From: Bradymonadia bacterium
GTDB lineage: Bacteria > Myxococcota_A > Bradymonadia > UBA7976 > UBA1532
Length of the DNA: 64,000 bases
Assembly (NCBI GenBank): GCA_046290225.1
Contig: JBKAGE010000051.1
Coordinates: 1 to 64,000 of the forward strand
Direction of reading: 5' to 3'
The notes below the pieces were generated by a model that was not told the DNA's origin, ran no database searches, and worked only from the letters and a program-made list of their open reading frames with translations. Position 1 is the stretch's first letter. The number at the start of each line of letters is the position of its first letter. Shown here one piece after another: positions 46,329 to 54,555 of the stretch. Position numbers and translations under genes: made by a program.

Positions 46329-47849
46329 TCACTCTTCTTCAGGGGTGTCGCTGAAGCTGTAGAAGTAGCCGTCGCGGGTGCCCACGACGATGCGGCCCTT
46401 CCAGATGGCGGGGGTGCTCTCCACACAAGCACCCGAAGGCACCTTGCCCTCGCCGATGAGGCTCGGCGTCGTGGGATCGAAGACGTCGTAGATGCGCAGC
46501 TTGCCGTTGCAGGTCCCCACCACGAGGCGACCGTCCACCACCGCCGGTGACGACCAGGCGTGCCAGCCCACGGTGTCCTTCCAGAGGGTGTCGCCGGTCA
46601 TCTGATCGAGGGCCAGCAACTGACCATCGTGGGTGGGCACGTAGAGCACGCCCTCGCCGAGGGCCGGGGTGGCCCAGACGCCGCCCGTGCCATCGCTCGA
46701 GGTGGGCAGGTGCACCGACCACACGATGGGATCCCCCTCGGCGTAGGGGTTCAGTTTGATGATTTGGCCCACCTCGTCGGCGCGATCGAGGAACCGCTCT
46801 TTCTCCACAGAGACATAGAGCATGCCCTCTTCGTCGATGACGATGCTGGCGTCGACGTCGTCACCGGCCCAGAAGTCGAAGGCGATGGGGGCCTTGAGAT
46901 CGGGCAAGGCCTCGCCTTCTTTGAGGGCCGAGATGTCGAGGCCCATCACGCGGCCACCGCTGTTGGCGAAGTAGACGCGGTTGTTGAAGATGGCCGCCGA
47001 GCTCTCGATGCTCACGGTGTTGTCGCCGATGTCGTCGATGAGCTGGCTGGTCCAGCCCTTCTGGGCGATGAGTGGCTCGGGGTTCACGGTGACCTTGCCG
47101 TCTTCACCGATGGCCCGGTTGAGCTTGTAGGCGAAGAACCAGCTGTTCTCGCCGCCCTCGAAGAGCACGTCGCCGACGATGGACGGGTTCCCGTCCCAGT
47201 CGTTGTTCCACATGATGGGACTGACGCTGTAGGCGTCGAGGTGCCACAGCTCTGTGGGCTCGTCGCGATCGAGGGCCACCACGCGGAGCTTGTTGTCCCT
47301 GGATCCGAAGTAGAGCAGGGGGAACCCGTCGGGGTCGAGGCTCACCGAGCCCTTGATGATGTCGCCGGTCTTGAACTTGGGCCGAGTGGCGAGGCCGGTG
47401 TCGGCGTCGACGAAGTGCACCGACTTGTCGTAGGCCCCGAAGATGATCTCGGTGACGCCATCGGGGCGCTCCCAGACCACGGGCTGGCCGGTCCAACCGG
47501 TGCCACACCACGTTTTGTCGCGACCACCGACGCGCGAGGTGCCGCACATGGCCTCGCTGGGATAGCGCCACTCCACCTCGGGGGCCGAAGGCACCGGGCC
47601 CTCGCCGTAGTACGTGTGGGTGGGGTTGCCCCGGAACTGCAGCAGCCCGGTGACGCCGTTGCCCCATGATTTGCCGATATACTCTGCCGGATCACGCCAG
47701 TCGTTCACCCCGTCGCCCTTGCCGCCGATCTCGTTCGACGCGCCAGGCACTGCGGCTTCACCGCCAGGTTGCTCGACAGGATCGGCAACGTCTTCTCCGC
47801 CACAGGCGGCGAGGGTCAGAGAGAGCAAGAGCAGTGGTGTGCGCTTCAT
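46329..47849 (-). CDS. PQQ-type beta-propeller lipoprotein
   Basis: Start MKRTPLLL (47849); lipobox LAAC; GGKGDG linker; FRGNPTH, ESS/ATP/SSP/STP propeller repeats. Confidence 0.8.
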   Translation of the reverse strand: MKRTPLLLLSLTLAACGGEDVADPVEQPGGEAAVPGASNEIGGKGDGVNDWRDPAEYIGKSWGNGVTGLLQFRGNPTHTYYGEGPVPSAPEVEWRYPSEAMCGTSRVGGRDKTWCGTGWTGQPVVWERPDGVTEIIFGAYDKSVHFVDADTGLATRPKFKTGDIIKGSVSLDPDGFPLLYFGSRDNKLRVVALDRDEPTELWHLDAYSVSPIMWNNDWDGNPSIVGDVLFEGGENSWFFAYKLNRAIGEDGKVTVNPEPLIAQKGWTSQLIDDIGDNTVSIESSAAIFNNRVYFANSGGRVMGLDISALKEGEALPDLKAPIAFDFWAGDDVDASIVIDEEGMLYVSVEKERFLDRADEVGQIIKLNPYAEGDPIVWSVHLPTSSDGTGGVWATPALGEGVLYVPTHDGQLLALDQMTGDTLWKDTVGWHAWSSPAVVDGRLVVGTCNGKLRIYDVFDPTTPSLIGEGKVPSGACVESTPAIWKGRIVVGTRDGYFYSFSDTPEEE

Positions 47850-47885
47850 GTGAGATCCTCTGATACGGGGTCGCCTGATTGAATT

Positions 47886-47901
47886 AGCAACAGTGATGCC
47901 A
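47886..47901 (-). promoter_or_regulatory. Sigma54 (-24/-12) promoter
   Basis: Minus strand TGGCATCACTGTTGCT, GG-N10-GC, 36 bp upstream of the 47849 start. Confidence 0.7.
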
Positions 47902-48008
47902 GCTTCGTACTCTTGACGAAACCCGAATTCACCACACTCTAGGTGTCTGATTGATGGTCTCCTGGAGACCTCAGACCACACGTCGATGGCCGATGGATCG
48001 GCCACTGG

Positions 48009-48770
48009 ATGCACATGAGCAACCGACTCGTCACCATTGGATTCAGCCACTACTGCGAGAAGGCCCGCTGGGCTCTGGAGTGGGCGGGGGTGCCCTTCAC
48101 CGAGGAGCCCCACTGCCCGTTGATGCAGCGCCGAGCGGCTCGAAAGGCAGGTGGCAAGGGCACGGTGCCCGCTCTGATCACCGCAGGCGAGGCCTTTGGT
48201 GAATCCGCAGACATCGTGCGCTATGCCGACCAGCAGGCGCCGGAAGATCGCCGCCTCTACACCGGAGAGCCCGAGTTCGATGAAGAGATCGACCGCTGGA
48301 TGGCCACCCTCGATGAGCCTTTCGGCGTGGACACCCGACGCATCGTCTATGCCCACATGGGGGGCAAGGCGCATCGCAAGACTCTGGTTGGCCTCGCCAC
48401 CCGGGGCGTGCCCGCCTTCGAGCGCGCTGTGTTCCCGTGGACGGCGGGCGTGGGCATGCGCTACGTGCGTCGCTACTACGACATCACCGAGGCCACGGTA
48501 GAATTGTCGTACCAACGGGTCGACGAGATCTTCGATCGGGTAGAAGAGCGCTTGGAGCTCGGCGATTTTCTGGTGGGTGATCACTTCACCGCCGCTGATC
48601 TGACCTTTGCGGCCCTCGGCGCGCCGGCGGTGCTCCCAGAGCAATATGGCGTACCGCTCCCACCTCCGTCGGAGATTCCGGAAGCCTATATGGCCTGGGT
48701 AGAGCGCAGCCGCGCTCGGCCAGCAGGGCAGTTCATCCTCGATGTGTATCGGGAGTTCCGGAAGGGATGA
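48009..48770 (+). CDS. Glutathione S-transferase family protein
   Basis: FSHYCEKARWAL, TVPAL, ESADI, FLVGDHFTAADL (start may be 48015). Confidence 0.9.
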   Translation: MHMSNRLVTIGFSHYCEKARWALEWAGVPFTEEPHCPLMQRRAARKAGGKGTVPALITAGEAFGESADIVRYADQQAPEDRRLYTGEPEFDEEIDRWMATLDEPFGVDTRRIVYAHMGGKAHRKTLVGLATRGVPAFERAVFPWTAGVGMRYVRRYYDITEATVELSYQRVDEIFDRVEERLELGDFLVGDHFTAADLTFAALGAPAVLPEQYGVPLPPPSEIPEAYMAWVERSRARPAGQFILDVYREFRKG

Positions 48771-48777
48771 GCGCGGC

Positions 48778-50070
48778 TCAGGCGTTCTCGGTGCCTGCCA
48801 CGGCCAAAGTGATCAGCTCATCTCGAGCGGGGCCCACCGAGATGTACTTGATGGGCACCCCGGCGAGGGCCTCGAGGCGCCGCAGATAGTTCTGAGCCGC
48901 CTCGGGCAGCTCGGCCCAGGTGCGGGCATCGCGGGTGGGGGTCTTCCAACCGGGGAGCGTCTCGTAGACGGGGGTGACCTCTTCATACACTGGGGTGTCG
49001 GGCACGTAGTCGAGGGTGACACCATTGTGCATATAGCCCACACACACCTTGATCTCATCGAAGCCGTCGAGCACGTCGAGCTTGGTCAGAGCCAGCGCCG
49101 TGAAGCCATTGAGCCAGGCAGAATGCTGCACCGACACGGCATCGAACCAGCCACAGCGCCTGGGGCGTCCGGTGGTGGCGCCGAACTCGTCGCCCACCGT
49201 GCGCAGCTGCTCGCCATCGGCGTCGAACAGCTCGCAAGGGAACGGGCCAGCGCCCACTGACGTGCTGTAGGCCTTCACCACCCCGACGACCTCGTCGATG
49301 GCCGTGGGCGGCATGCCGGCGCCGGCGCAGGCAGCGCCCACCATGGGGTTGGAGCTGGTGACGTAGGGGTAGGTGCCCCAATCGAGATCCCGCATCACCC
49401 CGAGCTGGCCTTCGAGCAACACCTGCTGACCTCCGCGGACCGCCTGCTGTACGAGAGGCAGGGTATCGACGATGCGGTGCCCGATCTGCTCGGCCCAGCC
49501 CATGGCCTGGGTATAGAGCGCGTCGAAGTCGAGGGGCGGCTCGCCGAAGAAGGCCATGTGCCGGTTCTTCAGCTCTACGAGGGCGCTGAGCCGCGGGCGG
49601 AAGTGCTCAGGGTGCTTGAGATCGCCGAGGCGCACACCGTGGCGGGCGGCTTTGTCGGCGTAGGCGGGCCCGATGCCCCGCTTGGTGGTGCCGATGGCCT
49701 TGCCGCTTCGGGCGGCCTCTTGAAGGCCATCGAGCTGACGGTGAAATGGGAACACGATGTGCGCCCGGGCTTCGAGGAGCAGGTTGCCTGTGTCGACCCC
49801 CGCCTCTTCGATGATCCGGAGCTCTTCGAGCAGGTTCTCGGGGTTGACCACAGTGCCCGCGCCCACGATGCACTGCGTGTTGGGGTTGAAGATGCCCGAG
49901 GGCACCATGTGCAAGAAGAACTTTCCGTAATCATTGACCACTGTGTGGCCCGCGTTGTCGCCCCCCTGAAACCGAATGACCAGATCAGCTCGCTGGGCGA
50001 GGTAATCCACCACCCGCCCTTTGCCTTCGTCGCCCCACTGGGCGCCGACCACCGCACAGACCGCCATCAC
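48778..50070 (-). CDS. purA: Adenylosuccinate synthetase
   Basis: [61 protein letters not shown]. Confidence 0.97.
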   Translation of the reverse strand: MMAVCAVVGAQWGDEGKGRVVDYLAQRADLVIRFQGGDNAGHTVVNDYGKFFLHMVPSGIFNPNTQCIVGAGTVVNPENLLEELRIIEEAGVDTGNLLLEARAHIVFPFHRQLDGLQEAARSGKAIGTTKRGIGPAYADKAARHGVRLGDLKHPEHFRPRLSALVELKNRHMAFFGEPPLDFDALYTQAMGWAEQIGHRIVDTLPLVQQAVRGGQQVLLEGQLGVMRDLDWGTYPYVTSSNPMVGAACAGAGMPPTAIDEVVGVVKAYSTSVGAGPFPCELFDADGEQLRTVGDEFGATTGRPRRCGWFDAVSVQHSAWLNGFTALALTKLDVLDGFDEIKVCVGYMHNGVTLDYVPDTPVYEEVTPVYETLPGWKTPTRDARTWAELPEAAQNYLRRLEALAGVPIKYISVGPARDELITLAVAGTENA

Positions 50071-50116
50071 GCTCTCCTTTGGTTAGATCGTGGCGTGCCT
50101 TCGAGTTGAGCGCTTG

Positions 50117-50914
50117 TCAGCAGCTCGCGCTGTAGCGCACACCGCGTTCGAACAGGGTCAATCCCAGGCCCCCGAGGGCCCCGTGGGGGGCTTGCTCGGG
50201 GCGGATATGATCTTCAGGGTGGGGCATCAAACCCAGCACTGTGCCCTGGGGGTTGCAGATGCCAGCGACATCGCCCACCGATCCGTTGGGGTTCGCGGGA
50301 TAGCCCGCAGGGCCCGCGTTGTTCACGTCGACGTAGCGCAAGGCCACCTGGCCCCCGGCTTCGAGGGCGGCGAAGGTGTCCTCGCTCTCGGTGAGGAACC
50401 GCCCCTCGCCATGGGCGACCGGGCAGAAGATGGGCTCGGTGAGCCCCTCGGTGAACACGCATGGGCTGTTGACCTCGGGGGCCAGGTGCACCCACCGGCA
50501 CTCGAAGTGACCACCAAGGTTGCGGGTGAGGGTGGTGGTCCGTGGACCGATGCCCGGAGTGGCGCCGGATACGCCGGGCAGAAGTCCGGCCTTCACCAGG
50601 GTCTGGAACCCGTTGCAGATGCCGATGATGGGGCGCCCGCTGGCGACGAAGCCCTGCAGCGCCTCAGCGAGGCCGTGGCGGAGCATGGTGGCCCACAAAG
50701 CACCGGCGCCGAGGTCATCGCCGTAGGAGAAGCCCCCAGGCAGCACCAGCATGCGGTAGTCATCGAGGCGCCGTTCACCCGCCCTTAACTGGTTCACGTG
50801 CACGATCTCCGGGGCGCCGCCGGCGAGCTCACAGGCCCAGGCGACGTCGCGATCACGGTTGGTGCCGTTGGCGTGCAGGATGATGATCGGGGGGGTGTTC
50901 GCGGACGCAGGCAT
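50117..50914 (-). CDS. purQ: FGAM synthase glutaminase subunit
   Basis: GTNRD, LPGGFSYGD, GICNGFQ, VAHGEG, NPNGS, GLMPHPE. Confidence 0.92.
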   Translation of the reverse strand: MPASANTPPIIILHANGTNRDRDVAWACELAGGAPEIVHVNQLRAGERRLDDYRMLVLPGGFSYGDDLGAGALWATMLRHGLAEALQGFVASGRPIIGICNGFQTLVKAGLLPGVSGATPGIGPRTTTLTRNLGGHFECRWVHLAPEVNSPCVFTEGLTEPIFCPVAHGEGRFLTESEDTFAALEAGGQVALRYVDVNNAGPAGYPANPNGSVGDVAGICNPQGTVLGLMPHPEDHIRPEQAPHGALGGLGLTLFERGVRYSASC

Positions 50915-50998
50915 GTCGGGTGCTCCCGAGGTGGGTGGTCCGGCGTCGGAAGGTAGGTGCCCTGGTCTGAAAAGGCAAGTGAAGCGTGGCCTGTCTCT

Positions 50999-52576
50999 TC
51001 AGCCCCTGACCTGGTCGACGTGGCGTTTCACCGTGCGTCGATCGAGGCCCACTCGCCGAGCCGCTTCGACATAATTGCCTGTTTGGTCATACACATGGGC
51101 CACATAGCGCCCTACGACTTCTTCTGCGGTGAGGCTGCCTCTCTGCATCTCCCGGTGCAGCGGCCCCAGCGGGCCCGTGTCCGGACGCACACCTTCTGCC
51201 TGAGGCGTATAAGACCCGCGGATCGCAACATTGCGCACACACTGCTCGAGCTCGCGCACGTTGCCGGGCCAGGGGTAGTCCGCGGGCATCTGGGTGTTGA
51301 TCCACCGCAGTACCTCTTCTGCGAGGCCGTCCACCACCTCGGTGTCGCCCTGGCCGAAGCCACCGTCACGCTCGAAGGCTGCGCCCTGTCGGGGCCCCGC
51401 CACCTTGCCGGCGAGGTGCCAGACCAGGGTCTCGACGTCACCCGGTGCGTCGTCGAGCTGTGTGCGCAGGCTCGGCGTGGTGACGAGATCGGCGCACAGT
51501 CGATAGTAGAGGTCCTGCCTGAAGTGGCCTTCGGCAATGCCGGCCATGAGATCGCGGTGGGTGGCAGAGACGATCTTGCCGTGAAACGGCTTGTGATCGG
51601 TGTCACCGATGCGCTGGAAGGTGCGGCTTTGCAGCACCCGCAGGAGCTTCACCTGAATCGCCGGGTCGAGCTCGCCGATCTCGTCGAGGAACACGGTGCC
51701 GTAGGGTTTGCAGACCTCGAGCCAGCCCGCTCGATCGCCCAGGGCACCGGTGAACGCGCCGCGCTTGTGACCGAACAGCTCCGACTCGATGAGCGTGGGT
51801 GACATGGCCGAGAGGTTGAGCGGGTGAAACGCCCCTGATGGATCATCGTTGAAGCGCGCGCTCTCACCATCGAAGGGGATGTACCTCGAAAGCCCGATGG
51901 CCCGGGCCACGAGCTCCTTGCCGGTGCCCGAGGGGCCGAGGATCAAGGTGGTAAAGTCCGACATCCGCTGATATAGCGCCCGCTGGTACCGCCGCATGTC
52001 ATGGGTAAAGACTGACTGCCACACTGAGGCCCGTAGCCGCCCCGCCGGGGCCGAGGTGCCGATGATGGCAGTGTAGATGTGGTTGAAGGCCCGTCGAATC
52101 TGGAACATGGCGGCGAAGCAGTGGGCCGGATCGGCCTGGGCGGCCACGAGCACCGGAGGCCCGGGCAGATCGGTGAGCCGCCGATGGTCCCGAGCGTAGG
52201 CGCTGTAGAAGCTGACCTTCTGGTTGAGCTTGTTGCTGTCGATGAGCCGCACGAGATCGTCGTCGAACCGGTTGTAGAGCATGTAGAGGGCGAGATCGCC
52301 ATACAGCCGCCGCTCCCCGGCGCTGGCGGCCTCGGGCTGATCGACGAGCCGCTGCCGCACCCGCTCGATCCACGCTTCAAGGGGCGGGTTCAAGTTGATG
52401 ACGTTGGGGTTGGGGGCGCCTGGGGTGAGCCCGGACCAGACCGGGCCGCGATCGACGAAGGCTGATCCGAGGGCTTTGCGCTCGGCGGCGAGCCGCTCGG
52501 GGGTGAAGGGGTTGCAGTAGGCCAGGGTGGATACGGCCTCGGCGAAGCGGCGCTCGTCGGCGGTGAGGATGCCCAT
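50999..52576 (-). CDS. Sigma54-dependent enhancer-binding protein with uncharacterised N-terminal domain
   Basis: GPSGTGKE, ESELFGHKRGAFTGA, FLDEIGE, QVKLLRVLQ, FRQDLYYRL, WPGNVREL, C-terminal HTH; no REC/GAF/PAS recognised. Confidence 0.9.
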   Translation of the reverse strand: MGILTADERRFAEAVSTLAYCNPFTPERLAAERKALGSAFVDRGPVWSGLTPGAPNPNVINLNPPLEAWIERVRQRLVDQPEAASAGERRLYGDLALYMLYNRFDDDLVRLIDSNKLNQKVSFYSAYARDHRRLTDLPGPPVLVAAQADPAHCFAAMFQIRRAFNHIYTAIIGTSAPAGRLRASVWQSVFTHDMRRYQRALYQRMSDFTTLILGPSGTGKELVARAIGLSRYIPFDGESARFNDDPSGAFHPLNLSAMSPTLIESELFGHKRGAFTGALGDRAGWLEVCKPYGTVFLDEIGELDPAIQVKLLRVLQSRTFQRIGDTDHKPFHGKIVSATHRDLMAGIAEGHFRQDLYYRLCADLVTTPSLRTQLDDAPGDVETLVWHLAGKVAGPRQGAAFERDGGFGQGDTEVVDGLAEEVLRWINTQMPADYPWPGNVRELEQCVRNVAIRGSYTPQAEGVRPDTGPLGPLHREMQRGSLTAEEVVGRYVAHVYDQTGNYVEAARRVGLDRRTVKRHVDQVRG

Positions 52577-52637
52577 GGGTGATGCTCCTGTTTGGGGGGT
52601 TGTACCTCAAATGGGCGGGATTTGGTGAGGACCTTTT

Positions 52638-52685
52638 AGAGAGAGTTTTCGGGCACGGGCACGGGCACGGGCACGGGCACGAGTC
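52638..52685. repeat. (GGGCAC)5 dispersed repeat copy
   Basis: AGAGAGAGTTTTC(GGGCAC)5GAGTC. Confidence 0.8.
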
Positions 52686-52827
52686 GAATATCCCTGGGCT
52701 TTTTGATGTGTGTTGTGGTGCGGGAAAGGGGGATGGAAAGGCGCCTTACAACGCTTTTCCGGCACAGATGGTGTGGTGGACTCAAAGTTGATGTTGAAGA
52801 GGCTCATTTGTGGAAGGAAGGTGAGGT

Positions 52828-52845
52828 TTGATATCAATGATATCG
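52828..52845. promoter_or_regulatory. Candidate antitoxin operator
   Basis: TTGATATCAA followed by TGATATCG just upstream of the AAGGAGG RBS of the TA operon. Confidence 0.5.
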
Positions 52846-52866
52846 CTTGACGGGAAGGAGGCCAAG

Positions 52867-53097
52867 GTGGCCCAACTGATCGTGCGTAATTTGGAAGATA
52901 CACTGGTACGTGAGCTCAAAATGCGGGCTGCGGCGAATGGACGATCTGCTGAAGAAGAGCACCGCGAAATTTTGCGGATGGTCCTCGCGCCCAAACCTGC
53001 GTTGTCGTTCAAAGAGGCGCTGCTGCTCATGCCCGATGTGGGTGAGGATGCCGATTTCGAGCGGCAGGACGATCTGGGCCGTGACGTCGATCTGTGA
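52867..53097 (+). CDS. FitA-like ribbon-helix-helix antitoxin
   Basis: GTG start after AAGGAGG; AQLIVRNLED..LKMRAAANGRSAEEEHREIL. Confidence 0.85.
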   Translation: MAQLIVRNLEDTLVRELKMRAAANGRSAEEEHREILRMVLAPKPALSFKEALLLMPDVGEDADFERQDDLGRDVDL

Positions 53098-53510
53098 GTT
53101 ACTTGATCGACACGAACGTGATCTCAGAGCTGAGGAAAGGTGAGCGTGCTGATCAGAACGTTGTGCGTTGGTATGCCACTGTCCTTGATGATGAGATCTA
53201 TCTGAGTGTGATGGTGCTCGGGGAGTTGCGACGAGGCATCGAAAGCATACGTCGACGAGACCCTCGCACTGCGGTTGTTTTAGACAATTGGTTGAACTTG
53301 ATCTCTACACAATACGAGAGCCGGATCCTTCACATCACACCATCTGTCGTGGATGTTTGGGGCCAACTCAACGTGCCTGACCGGCTGCCTGTGATTGATG
53401 GGCTGATTGCCGCGACAGCCCATACACATCACTTGATTGTGGTGACGCGGAACACCAAGGACATCGCTCGTGCAGGCGTCCGTGTGCTCAATCCATTTGT
53501 AATGACTTGA
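53094..53510 (+). CDS. vapC: VapC/FitB PIN-domain toxin
   Basis: YLIDTNVISE, GELRRG, DGLIAATA, VTRNTKD; overlaps the antitoxin stop. Confidence 0.9.
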   Translation: MSYLIDTNVISELRKGERADQNVVRWYATVLDDEIYLSVMVLGELRRGIESIRRRDPRTAVVLDNWLNLISTQYESRILHITPSVVDVWGQLNVPDRLPVIDGLIAATAHTHHLIVVTRNTKDIARAGVRVLNPFVMT

Positions 53511-53532
53511 AGGGTGAAGTCAGGGGGCGTCT

Positions 53533-54435
53533 TCAGCGCCCCACCGCGGCACCGAGTAGTTCCCAGCAGGCTCTCGTCGTGGTGCGGAAGCCGAAGCCGT
53601 TGGGGATGAGCGTCGCAGGTTGAATCGGCGGCAGGCTGCCTCGGATGTCCGCAGGGATGGGCACGAGGGTGATCTGATTGCGCTGGGCTTGCTTCATCGC
53701 CCGGCGTAGATGCCATGCGCTGGTGATCAGCCCCACTCGGGTCCAGCCCTCGGCTCGCATGCGTTTGGCCAATTCGGCGATTTCTTCTTTGGTGTTCCGT
53801 GCCCGGGCGAGATCGAGGATGTCCGCGTCGGGTATCCCGATGTCTCGCCAGATCGTGCGTGTCTCCTTCATCAAGCTGCGCTCGCCACCTGTTTCGAGGC
53901 CGGCGACAGAGACACCGGAGGTGATCAGCTTTCGGGTTTGACCCCTCAGGTAGACCCGAGCGCCTCTGAGCAGCCGATCACCGGTTGGGCCGAGCTGAGG
54001 CTCGCCCCAAGGGGTGCGGTTGGTGCCTCCGCCGAGCACCAGCACTGCATCGAGGGGATCTTCGTCGCTGAGCATGCTGATGTCGTAGTAGTCGACTTCG
54101 AGCCAGTTCATCAACGCCGCGCCCACGTAGTTGTTTCCGGTGAGGCTGTAGGCCACCCAAAGAGCCACGAGCCATTGACCGTGTCGTCGGGCGCCCTTGC
54201 GGAGGGTTTGCACGGCGAGGGCAAGCAGGGCCATCCAGAGCAGCCCGCTGGGCATGGCGAGCTGGCCGAGCCATTTGCTGGCGACGAAGCCGCTCGGCGA
54301 GCTGACGAGGGAGAGCCCGGCGAGGGTAGGGGGTATGAGCCACAGAGCACGGTGACCACGTTTCCTGGCGCGGAGATCCGCAATGAGCAGTGGGGTGAGG
54401 AGCGCACAGAGAAACAGGAGGGTGCTGAAGATCAT
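53533..54435 (-). CDS. YdcF/DUF218 family membrane protein
   Basis: N-terminal TM helices; VLVLGGG, ARNTKEE, LITSAWHLRRA. Confidence 0.85.
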   Translation of the reverse strand: MIFSTLLFLCALLTPLLIADLRARKRGHRALWLIPPTLAGLSLVSSPSGFVASKWLGQLAMPSGLLWMALLALAVQTLRKGARRHGQWLVALWVAYSLTGNNYVGAALMNWLEVDYYDISMLSDEDPLDAVLVLGGGTNRTPWGEPQLGPTGDRLLRGARVYLRGQTRKLITSGVSVAGLETGGERSLMKETRTIWRDIGIPDADILDLARARNTKEEIAELAKRMRAEGWTRVGLITSAWHLRRAMKQAQRNQITLVPIPADIRGSLPPIQPATLIPNGFGFRTTTRACWELLGAAVGR

Positions 54436-54555
54436 GGATCGAGGTTACATCGATCTGTCAGGTGAGCCACCTTCCACTGCCTGAGAAACATTGGGCGACA
54501 TCAATGTGTACCCCACTGACGCTCAGGCTGCGGTTGTGAGGGTCTTTGCCATAAC

